Source: a virus. From it: a DNA stretch of 64,000 bases. Of this stretch, positions 1-8,430 are shown piece by piece (within the stretch, counting starts at the first letter, position 1; the number at the start of each line of letters is the position of its first letter). The position numbers were made by a program, and so were the translations under genes. The stretch lies in IMG/VR virus record IMGVR_UViG_3300046170_000494, positions 114,984 to 178,983 of that record; one strand, 5' to 3'. Below the pieces are notes generated by a model that made no database searches, had not been told where the DNA came from, and was given only the letters and a program-made list of their open reading frames with translations.

Positions 1-2
1 GT

Positions 3-602
3 GATAACACTGATGTTAATGATTATATAAAAAAAAATATTAGCGCTAAAGATTTTGATCTAATAAAACATAAGAAAATGGTCGAAAAATCAGATCTTTG
101 GCGTTTACTAAAAATATATAACGAAGGAGGAGTTTATACAGACATAGATAGATTCTGTAATCAATCATTATGTAAAATTATTAAACCAGAAGTAAAATGC
201 GTCTTACCTATGTATCAAAATATAGACTTCTCTCAAGATATCATGATAAGTTCGCCAGGAAACCCAATACATAAAAGAGCTATTGATCTCAATTTAGAAA
301 GAAGGAGGCATGGTTGTGTAGATATTTTATCTCTAGCACCAATAACATACTTCCATGCAGCAACCGAAGTTTTATTAGGAGAGCAATTAGCTAGATGGCC
401 GAGCAAAGAAAATATAAATAAGTTAAACTCAATCATCAATAGATCTAAATATCTACAGTCCTGCACAGAAAACCCTCCGTTTAATACGTTCACCTATCAA
501 GGTCCCCCCATATTCAATGATAAAATGTCTTTCTATCACTCGCAAGAGGTTAATCACTGGACATTTAATTATAACGATAATACAGAAATTAAATACGAAT
601 GA
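3..602 (+). CDS. DxD-motif glycosyltransferase (sugar-binding/GT32-like), 5'-truncated by the window edge
   Basis: SDLWRL...GGVYTDID motif; the frame is open from base 3 with no stop before the listed ATG at 78. Confidence 0.75.
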   Translation, partial: DNTDVNDYIKKNISAKDFDLIKHKKMVEKSDLWRLLKIYNEGGVYTDIDRFCNQSLCKIIKPEVKCVLPMYQNIDFSQDIMISSPGNPIHKRAIDLNLERRRHGCVDILSLAPITYFHAATEVLLGEQLARWPSKENINKLNSIINRSKYLQSCTENPPFNTFTYQGPPIFNDKMSFYHSQEVNHWTFNYNDNTEIKYE

Positions 603-1975
603 TTAAATTAATTATATTTGATTTAGACGGAGTATTAGTTGAGTCGCGCGAATTACATTACATTGCTCTTAACAAAGCTCTCGCTGAAATAGGTGATCAA
701 TATACAATTAGCAAAGAAGAGCATCTTTGTAAGTATGACGCATTAACAACAACTCAAAAATTAAAAAAGTTAACCGCCGAAAAAAATCTTCCAGAAAAAT
801 ACCACAACAGGGTATGGGAGCTAAAACAACAAAAAACTCTACAAGAAATAGATCAATATAAACCCGACTACAGAATAATAGATATTCTTAAAAAATTAAA
901 ATCACAAAACTACAAAATTGCATGCGCAACAAATTCAATAAGAGAGACTTCAAAATTAATGTTAATAAGAAAAGGTTTTTTTGATTACATAGATTTTCTA
1001 TATTCTAATGAAGATGTAAATAACCCAAAACCTAATGCCGAGATTTACATGAGATGCATGTTGAAGTGCGGAGTTAATCCAGATGAAACAGTAATAATTG
1101 AAGATTCTCATATAGGCAGGAAAGGCGCAATAAGGAGCGGAGGTTATTTGTGCGCTGTTAAAAACTCTAAAGACTTGACATTTACCAAACTAAATCATAC
1201 TATAGTTAGCGCAGAACAGCGATCTAAAATTTCACCAAAATGGCAAGGAGATAAAATGAACGTACTAATACCAATGGCGGGAGCTGGCTCAAGATTTGAG
1301 CAGGCCGGATACACTTTTCCCAAACCTCTTATTGATGTTAATGGAAAACCTATGATTCAAAGAGTTGTTGAAAACTTAAATATAGATGCAAGGCATATAT
1401 TCATTGTACAAAAATCTCATTACGAAAAATATTCATTACAACACACTTTAAATTTAATATCCCCAAATTGCGAAATAGTACAAGTGGAGGGTATGACAGA
1501 AGGCGCTGCATGCACAACTCTACTAGCTAAAGAATTTATAGATAATGACGAACCACTTATTCTTGCAAATTCAGATCAATATGTAAAATGGGATAGCAAT
1601 CAATTTATGTACTCATCTATGGCTGATGATATAGATGGATCTATACTAACATTTCATTCCACTCACCCAAAATGGAGTTATGCAAAATTAAATGAAGATG
1701 GATTTGTCACAGAGGTTGCAGAAAAGAAACCTATTAGCGAACACGCAACAGTAGGAATTTATTTTTTTAAAAAGGGTTCAGATTACATTAGATGCGCAGA
1801 AAGCATGATTAAGAAAAATATTAGAGTCAATAATGAATTTTATGTATGCCCCGTTTACAACGAAGCCTTACTTGAAGGTGCTAGAGTAAAAACATTTCAT
1901 ATTGATAAAATGTGGGGATTAGGCACTCCAGAAGATTTAGATACATTTTTAAAACATGATATTAGTATCTCATAG
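599..1975 (+). CDS. HAD-family phosphatase fused to a sugar-phosphate nucleotidyltransferase (GT-A fold)
   Basis: N-terminal DLDGVL, KPKP and IIEDS HAD motifs; second domain starts MNVLIPMAGAGSRF...PKPLI, with LANSDQ, VAEKKP and GLGTPEDL. Confidence 0.85.
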   Translation: MIKLIIFDLDGVLVESRELHYIALNKALAEIGDQYTISKEEHLCKYDALTTTQKLKKLTAEKNLPEKYHNRVWELKQQKTLQEIDQYKPDYRIIDILKKLKSQNYKIACATNSIRETSKLMLIRKGFFDYIDFLYSNEDVNNPKPNAEIYMRCMLKCGVNPDETVIIEDSHIGRKGAIRSGGYLCAVKNSKDLTFTKLNHTIVSAEQRSKISPKWQGDKMNVLIPMAGAGSRFEQAGYTFPKPLIDVNGKPMIQRVVENLNIDARHIFIVQKSHYEKYSLQHTLNLISPNCEIVQVEGMTEGAACTTLLAKEFIDNDEPLILANSDQYVKWDSNQFMYSSMADDIDGSILTFHSTHPKWSYAKLNEDGFVTEVAEKKPISEHATVGIYFFKKGSDYIRCAESMIKKNIRVNNEFYVCPVYNEALLEGARVKTFHIDKMWGLGTPEDLDTFLKHDISIS

Positions 1976-2378
1976 AGGAAATATTTCTGGGCCAATCCCA
2001 GAAAGAGAGAATCATCCGGACTATATAAAAGAAGCTCTTTCTAAAGGTTACGATGTAGAGGTAGATATATGGGGAGATAAAGAATTATGGCTTGGTCATG
2101 ACAAGCCTCAATATAAATGCTCTGTTAGTTTCCTTATTAATAATTATCAAAAATTATGGATTCATTGTAAAAACTTAATGGCTATAGATATATTATCTGA
2201 GTTTAAAGTTTTGAATTATTTTTGGCATCAAAACGACGACCACACACTAACTTCTAAAAATTTCATATGGACTTACCCCGGAAAACATGTCTGTAATAAA
2301 AGTATTTTAGTAGTAGATGACGCTAGAGAATATGCAGGTCCGATTTGTTTTGGTTTGTGTTCTGATTATTTAAAGTGA
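1956..2378 (+). CDS. PLC-like/GDPD-like phosphodiesterase
   Basis: SHRGN, YDVEVD, LWLGHD and WIHCKN motifs. Confidence 0.7.
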   Translation: MILVSHRGNISGPIPERENHPDYIKEALSKGYDVEVDIWGDKELWLGHDKPQYKCSVSFLINNYQKLWIHCKNLMAIDILSEFKVLNYFWHQNDDHTLTSKNFIWTYPGKHVCNKSILVVDDAREYAGPICFGLCSDYLK

Positions 2379-3256
2379 AATTATCTGATGACCATTTTTT
2401 AAATTACTTAAGCCATAACGAACATTTATCGTTAGAGCAAAGAATACGTTATAAATTTTTAAAAAACTACCTTCGGTCAATGGAGGAGTTTACAGACACC
2501 TTTTCTATTATAATACAAGGGCCTTTAAATGAACGATCAATTAATACTATTCCAGAATATTTAAACTATGGCGAAGTCATAGTTAGCTGCTGGGAAACGG
2601 ATGATTTTTCCAAACTTGAAAAATACAAAGATAAAATAAAACTAGTAATAAATAAATATTCCAATATAAATATAAAAAAAAGAAAAACAGGTAGTCAGGC
2701 TCCTTGGATTTATCAAAATTATACTACATTAAATGGAATAAAAGCTGCGTCTAAATACTTTTGTATTAAAGTTCGCTCGGACGAAAGCTATCCAGTCTTA
2801 GATCCATTTTTAAATAAGCTAAGAGATAATAGAGATACTAAAAATAGCGAAACAGGCTTATATAATCACTACAAAATAGTTACATCTAATATTTATTTTA
2901 GATATGATTGGCAAAATAAATTTCATCCATCAGACCATATTATAGGAGGAACAAAATCCAGGATGCTTGAATCTTTCAAACTTTCCACAGCGTATTGCCA
3001 ACAAGAATTAACTAGATTCCCTGAGCAACTTATTTGCAAAGCGATTATTAATAGTTATTGGGATCCTTATCTAAAAAAACAAGAATCAGCAACGGATAAT
3101 GAATCTATAGAGTTAATGAAAAAACACTTCGATATAGTTAGAATAAAAAATTTACCTAAACATATATGGACCTCTAGTTATAGGAAATATGATGAGTTAT
3201 ACAGCGAAGAAGATTGGTGTCATGATATAAATTCTATAGACATAAATACTAGGTGA
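2375..3256 (+). CDS. WavE-like lipopolysaccharide synthesis protein
   Basis: SIIIQGPL, VIVSCWE, YQNYTTLNGI...KVRSD and FHPSDH resemble the WavE family; GTG start overlaps the upstream stop. Confidence 0.55.
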   Translation: MKLSDDHFLNYLSHNEHLSLEQRIRYKFLKNYLRSMEEFTDTFSIIIQGPLNERSINTIPEYLNYGEVIVSCWETDDFSKLEKYKDKIKLVINKYSNINIKKRKTGSQAPWIYQNYTTLNGIKAASKYFCIKVRSDESYPVLDPFLNKLRDNRDTKNSETGLYNHYKIVTSNIYFRYDWQNKFHPSDHIIGGTKSRMLESFKLSTAYCQQELTRFPEQLICKAIINSYWDPYLKKQESATDNESIELMKKHFDIVRIKNLPKHIWTSSYRKYDELYSEEDWCHDINSIDINTR

Positions 3257-3265
3257 AATAAATAC

Positions 3266-3293
3266 TAGACAAAAATAAATCATGATATATAAT
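3266..3293 (+). promoter_or_regulatory. sigma70-like promoter TAGACA-16-TATAAT
   Basis: Read directly; the -10 box ends 8 nt before the ATG at 3302. Confidence 0.55.
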
Positions 3294-3301
3294 CTTTTAT
3301 C

Positions 3302-3871
3302 ATGAGCATTTCACTTTATAAACCAAACAGTAAAAACACAGGATGCGCCTTTAATTTCAAAATTGGCGTAAACAAAGTAAAAGAGCCGGTAATTTACGCT
3401 AGCGCAATTCAACAATATAGCTGGGACGATAGAAAAAAAACCGGCAACTTCTCTGGAAACGGTAGTGATCCAGATAAAAGAATTAACCTTAAATTTACAG
3501 AATTTGAAATCGGCGGAATAATTAGTTCTTTTAAGAATAGAAATGAGTTTTCTACATTTCACGCGTTTGAAGAAAACAAAACATCAATTAAATGTACTCC
3601 CTGGGATAAAAAAACTAAAGTCAAACAAGGAGATAAAGAGGAGTGGATAGTAATCCCGGCATTTGGAATTAATGTTACCAGAAACGGGAATCAGACTTTC
3701 AGGATACCATTAGAGCCTGGAGAAGTGGAAAACCTTCTTGAATTTTTCTCTTTTTACCTTTCTGAACTATATAAACACAGAAGAAGAGAAGAGATTAAAA
3801 GACTAAAAGAATCCAAGGGCGGAGGTAATCAAAATCAATCATCAGAAGATAGCGAACAAGCGCCTTTTTAA
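3302..3871 (+). CDS. Putative single-stranded DNA-binding protein
   Basis: Beta-rich core, Gly/Gln-rich linker and acidic-aromatic C-terminal tail (SEDSEQAPF) typical of SSBs; fold not confirmed. Confidence 0.4.
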   Translation: MSISLYKPNSKNTGCAFNFKIGVNKVKEPVIYASAIQQYSWDDRKKTGNFSGNGSDPDKRINLKFTEFEIGGIISSFKNRNEFSTFHAFEENKTSIKCTPWDKKTKVKQGDKEEWIVIPAFGINVTRNGNQTFRIPLEPGEVENLLEFFSFYLSELYKHRRREEIKRLKESKGGGNQNQSSEDSEQAPF

Positions 3872-5778
3872 TGAAGAGGAAAAAGGTATTAATTCACAGT
3901 AATCACTGTAAAGCTTATACAGGCTTTGGAAAAAATACTAAAAATATATTACTACATTTACATAAAACAGGTAAGTATGATTTAGTTGAATTCTCTAATG
4001 GAATGAGATGGGGAGATCCTTCTTTAAAACTATTACCATGGAAAACCGAAGGTTCTCTACCGAGTGACACAGTCACTTTACAGAAAATGAATCAAGATCA
4101 AGCTCTAGCTAGAAATGCTGGTTATGGAGGTCAAACTATTGATAAAATCATAGAAAGGGAAAAGCCTGATGCTTACATAGGTATTGAAGACATATGGGCT
4201 TTCTCTGGATATACCGATAAAAAATGGTGGAATAATATAAACTGTATGATATGGACTACTTTAGACAGTTTACCCATATTACCCGAAGCGGTCAAGAATG
4301 CTAACAAAATAAAAAACTATTACACCTGGTCATCTTTTGCATCTAAAGAATTAAATAGATTAGGACACAAACACGTAGACACATTACATGGAGCTATAGA
4401 CACCACTAATTTTTTCAAATTTAAAAGCGATGAAAAAATTAAATTAAGATCAAGACTTAAAATAGATAAAGATGATTTCATTATTGGATTTGTTTTCAGA
4501 AATCAGTTAAGGAAAAGCGTTCCAAACTTATTAGAGGGTTACAAAATATTTTGCGAAAAAAATCCAGAATGTTCGGCTAAATTATTATTACATACTCATT
4601 GGAAGGAAGGTTGGGATATACCTAGATTGATAAACGAAAAGGGTATAAACCCTAAAAACGTTTTAACAACATATGTTTGTGCGCATTGTAAAAATTTTGA
4701 AATCAAACCTTACGAAGAAGAAAAGAAAGATTGCGGTTTATGTGGTGCAGAGAAAACCCAAGTAACCCCAAACACTAGGCTAGGAGTTACTGAAGAACAG
4801 CTCAATGAGATTTACAACCTGATGAATGTTTATTGCCATCCTTTTACCAGCGGAGGTCAAGAAATACCCATACAGGAGGCGAAACTTGTAGAACTTGTAA
4901 CTTTAGTAACTAATTATAGTTGCGGTGAAGATTGCTGCACAGAGGATAGTGCTGGACTACCTCTCAGTTGGTCAGAATATAGAGAGCCAGGCACTCAGTT
5001 TATCAAGGCTAGTACAAATCCAGAAAGTATCGCAAGTCAGTTAAAAAAAGTTTACAGCATGAAAGACTCTAAACTCAAACTCCTAGGTAAACAAGCTCGC
5101 GACTTTGTGATAAAAAACTATGGTATAGAGGCTATAGGTAAAAAATTAGAATCTATCATAGATAACATGCCTGAAGTAAATTGGGATTATGATTTTAAAC
5201 CTATTGAAAAAAACCCAAACTATATTCCACCTGAAATAAAAAACGACGACGATTTTATAAAAGATATATATAAAAATATATTACAATTAGACGTAAACGA
5301 ATCAGATGAAGGATTTAAACACTGGAAGAATAGACTATCCACCGATATGGATAGACATGGAGTATTGAAACATTTTCAACAAGTAGCTAAAAAAGAAAAT
5401 AAAAAGCAGGAAAAAATAGATTTTACTGATATTTTAGATAAAGAAGACGAAGGGAATAGAATTTTATTTTCAATGCCTCAAAGTATAGGTGATATCTACA
5501 TGTCTACATCTTTATTAAAAAATATAAAAGAACTATACCCAAACTATAATATTTATTATGCAACAAAGCCTGAATACTTTGAAATATTAGAGGGAAACCC
5601 TTATATTCATAAAGTAATTCCTTACAGTAAATCTTTAGATAGCTTACCAGCTATGGAAGGACAAGGCAACCATAAAGGTTTTTTTGAGATAGCTTTTCTT
5701 CCTTTTATCGGAACTCAAAAAATGTTAAATTACATTCACAATGGAAAAGATAAAATACAATTCGAATTATGCACTTAA
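3871..5778 (+). CDS. GT-B (GT4-like) glycosyltransferase with Zn-ribbon insert, DUF4214-like segment and C-terminal GT9 N-domain-like fragment
   Basis: TGFG N-terminal motif, FVFRNQLRKSV, FTSGGQEIPIQEA; CAHC..CGLC; FIKDIYKNIL..DEGFKHW; SIGDIYMSTSLL..LEGNPYIHKV. Confidence 0.7.
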   Translation: MKRKKVLIHSNHCKAYTGFGKNTKNILLHLHKTGKYDLVEFSNGMRWGDPSLKLLPWKTEGSLPSDTVTLQKMNQDQALARNAGYGGQTIDKIIEREKPDAYIGIEDIWAFSGYTDKKWWNNINCMIWTTLDSLPILPEAVKNANKIKNYYTWSSFASKELNRLGHKHVDTLHGAIDTTNFFKFKSDEKIKLRSRLKIDKDDFIIGFVFRNQLRKSVPNLLEGYKIFCEKNPECSAKLLLHTHWKEGWDIPRLINEKGINPKNVLTTYVCAHCKNFEIKPYEEEKKDCGLCGAEKTQVTPNTRLGVTEEQLNEIYNLMNVYCHPFTSGGQEIPIQEAKLVELVTLVTNYSCGEDCCTEDSAGLPLSWSEYREPGTQFIKASTNPESIASQLKKVYSMKDSKLKLLGKQARDFVIKNYGIEAIGKKLESIIDNMPEVNWDYDFKPIEKNPNYIPPEIKNDDDFIKDIYKNILQLDVNESDEGFKHWKNRLSTDMDRHGVLKHFQQVAKKENKKQEKIDFTDILDKEDEGNRILFSMPQSIGDIYMSTSLLKNIKELYPNYNIYYATKPEYFEILEGNPYIHKVIPYSKSLDSLPAMEGQGNHKGFFEIAFLPFIGTQKMLNYIHNGKDKIQFELCT

Positions 5779-6923
5779 TAGAACAATATGCACTTTCATG
5801 TGGGGTTAAAATAGATAAACCCTTTATCGAGACTTCTTTTTTTCCTTCTCCATTTAATAAATATATTACAATTCATGCTAGTAGCGGAATGGATTCGAAA
5901 AATTACGACTACTATAATGATGTGATAGAAATGATATTGCCCTTTTTAAAAAAAGAAGATATACATTTGGTGCAGATAGGCGGAAAAGACGACATAAAAT
6001 TGAATCACTGCGAGCATTTAAATGGAGCGACAACAATAAGACAAACAGCTTACATAATAGAAAAAAGCTTATTACATTTTGGCAACGATTCATTTTCTAC
6101 TCACGTAGCGTCTGGTTTTAATAAAAAAATAGTTTCGCTATACAGCATATTATATAAAGAATGTTGTGGGCCTTATTGGGGAGATAAGAAAAATCATATA
6201 CTACTAGAGTCTCACAGAAAAGGTTTAAAACCTTCTTTTTCTAATAAAGAATTACCTAAAATGGTAAACTTAATAAAACCAGAAGATATTGCCAGAGGAG
6301 TATTGGATTTATTAGATATACCTCATAATTTAAATAATATAGAAACAATTCATATAGGCTCAGAATACCATCTCCCATCTTTATCTGTTATCCCAAACCA
6401 CGTCATGCCGGCAACATTCGCACAAGGTCAACCAATAAACATTTGGGGGCACGAATTTTTTGACGAATCAAATATAGTAGAATGGGCATATAATAGAAAA
6501 TGTAATATTTTTCTTAATCAACCAATGTCGGTAAAATATTTAGATGTTATCAGACATAATATAAATCAAATTAATTATTTCGTAAATAAAGACACGGACC
6601 CAAAATACTTTAAAACACTAGAGCGAGGTGGAGTTAAATTTAAACTATTATGCGAAAATGAAAACGATTTAAATGAACTAAGATTACATTTTTTCGATTG
6701 GGAAATACATGCCCACAAAAAAACAACAAAAAAAGATCTTGACAATATAGATAAAGTCTGCGATAATACTCGTTATAAAAGTCAAATTAAAGTAATATCA
6801 AACGCAAAAATATATAATAGTAAAGCTGCATGGAAAGAAAATGAACAAAACAGCGACACAATTATCGACACACCAGAATTCTGGGAACAAATTAAATCAT
6901 TTAAACTTTACAACGAAAAATAA
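5769..6923 (+). CDS. GT9 (heptosyltransferase-like) C-domain-containing protein
   Basis: YITIHASSG, LVQIGG, HFGNDSFSTHVA and IVSLY match the GT9 C-terminal Rossmann domain pattern. Confidence 0.6.
   Translation: MHLIEQYALSCGVKIDKPFIETSFFPSPFNKYITIHASSGMDSKNYDYYNDVIEMILPFLKKEDIHLVQIGGKDDIKLNHCEHLNGATTIRQTAYIIEKSLLHFGNDSFSTHVASGFNKKIVSLYSILYKECCGPYWGDKKNHILLESHRKGLKPSFSNKELPKMVNLIKPEDIARGVLDLLDIPHNLNNIETIHIGSEYHLPSLSVIPNHVMPATFAQGQPINIWGHEFFDESNIVEWAYNRKCNIFLNQPMSVKYLDVIRHNINQINYFVNKDTDPKYFKTLERGGVKFKLLCENENDLNELRLHFFDWEIHAHKKTTKKDLDNIDKVCDNTRYKSQIKVISNAKIYNSKAAWKENEQNSDTIIDTPEFWEQIKSFKLYNEK
6739..6767 (+). promoter_or_regulatory. Intragenic sigma70-like promoter TTGACA-17-GATAAT with extended -10 (TGn)
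   Basis: Read directly; lies upstream of the annealase gene. Confidence 0.45.
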
Positions 6924-6924
6924 T

Positions 6925-7746
6925 ATGTCAACAAAAACAACCGCAGATAATTCAGTTACATACGAATCTCAAGCAACCATAAAATCTTCCAAAAAATCTA
7001 TCCCCGAAAAATATAAAAATGGCCCAGGTCGTTTTTGTAGAAATGAATTCGGACTACTAAATGAAGTAGATTATGAATTTGATGAAGATGGTTCGGTAAA
7101 CTGGAGGTCCATGATTAAAGATGAACATTTATTTCCTAATAAGTCATGGTTTGATTTACGTAAAAAAGATGTACCGCGAACAATTGATGGGCTAAAAGAT
7201 CATCAGCTACTCATTAAGCTTTCAGGAATTAAAGAGCTCGCTAAGCTAAGAGGCTTCTCAGATGTATCTTATGAAGTCGTGAAATGTCAAGCAGACCACG
7301 TTGCAGTTATTTGTAGGGTTACATTTTTACCTAATTATGAAACTGGAGGCAAAGCAGTCACTTTTCAAGACATGGCAAATGCAACGTTAAATAATACAAG
7401 TAGTTTTGCAACTAAATTTTTAGAGACCATTGCATGTAATCGTGCGTTTGTTCGTTGTGTTAGAAATTTTCTCAATGTCCATATTGTAGGCGATGATGAG
7501 ATAGATAAATCATCCAACAATAATAATGCTCAAGTTAATATATCAGCCACATTAACTCCTTATTCAATGATCGAAAACTTAGCTAAGGATAAATTAAATT
7601 GCGGAAATTTCGAAGAGTTTAAAGTAGTACTTCGTGATTGGTGGGCTTCAGGAAAATATAAAAATGATGAAGTCAAAAACTGGAATGATTATTCAGATAT
7701 TCCTGCAACGCAAGCAAGAATACTAATGAAAGTCATGAATGAATAA
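6925..7746 (+). CDS. Rad52/Sak-like single-strand annealing protein
   Basis: GIKELAKLRG...VAVICRVTF...ETIACNRAFVRCVRNFLNV..VGDDEI resembles the Rad52 superfamily core; ATG 6925 preferred over 6841 because it follows the upstream stop. Confidence 0.55.
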   Translation: MSTKTTADNSVTYESQATIKSSKKSIPEKYKNGPGRFCRNEFGLLNEVDYEFDEDGSVNWRSMIKDEHLFPNKSWFDLRKKDVPRTIDGLKDHQLLIKLSGIKELAKLRGFSDVSYEVVKCQADHVAVICRVTFLPNYETGGKAVTFQDMANATLNNTSSFATKFLETIACNRAFVRCVRNFLNVHIVGDDEIDKSSNNNNAQVNISATLTPYSMIENLAKDKLNCGNFEEFKVVLRDWWASGKYKNDEVKNWNDYSDIPATQARILMKVMNE

Positions 7747-7812
7747 AATTTAAAAATCAAACGCAGTTCACCGTATCATTAAGTTTATTCTTAATTCAGC
7801 CTATCATTGCGT

Positions 7813-8430
7813 TTAATTTTCTAGTTTAGATATTCTTTCCTCTAAAGATTCTATTATTTTTTGTTGTTCTTTTATTGCTCCTACCAATAACGAAGTTACT
7901 CGATCGTATTTTACTGCTTTAAATCCATTTTCTCTAGTAGTTACTATTTCAGGAGCTACCTCTTCAACCTGTTGAGCGATAAGTCCTATATCGTGACCAG
8001 AATAAACTTCTTGATTATCGTTCCAATTAAATTCTACAGCATCCAAAGATAATACTTTATTTAAAGGATTTTCTATTAATGTGATATCATCTTTTAGTCT
8101 TTCGTCGGAAGAAGTAAATGCAACAACATCGCCATTTACATGTAAGCCATTAAAACAACCAACATAAAAAGCGTCAGTTAAATCGGCAGTAGTAAAACTT
8201 CCTATAATATGAGTATTAACTTTATCTTCAATTTTATTTCCATATCCTTGTATAATAGAACACCCTCTTGAATTTTTAATAATATTATTTTGTCCGGCTA
8301 ATATTGCATTAATTCCGTCATACCCACCTCCAAACAAGCTAGAATCTGACGGAGGCAAAGGGTTATTACTTAAATTTTTCTCAGGACTTCTTAAATCAGG
8401 ATTGTCAGTGGTTATATCAGGAATACTCAT
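7813..8430 (-). CDS. Short tail-fibre-like protein with Peptidase S74 intramolecular chaperone domain
   Basis: SSDERLKDDI...FNW...DIGLIAQQVEEVAPEIV...VKYDRVTSLLVGAIKEQ followed by a coiled coil. Confidence 0.85.
   Translation of the reverse strand: MSIPDITTDNPDLRSPEKNLSNNPLPPSDSSLFGGGYDGINAILAGQNNIIKNSRGCSIIQGYGNKIEDKVNTHIIGSFTTADLTDAFYVGCFNGLHVNGDVVAFTSSDERLKDDITLIENPLNKVLSLDAVEFNWNDNQEVYSGHDIGLIAQQVEEVAPEIVTTRENGFKAVKYDRVTSLLVGAIKEQQKIIESLEERISKLEN

Noticed and set aside
5745-5778. Frameshift fusing the GT4 and GT9-like ORFs
   Set aside because: The -1 frame is closed by TAA at 5751 and no slippery site lies after it
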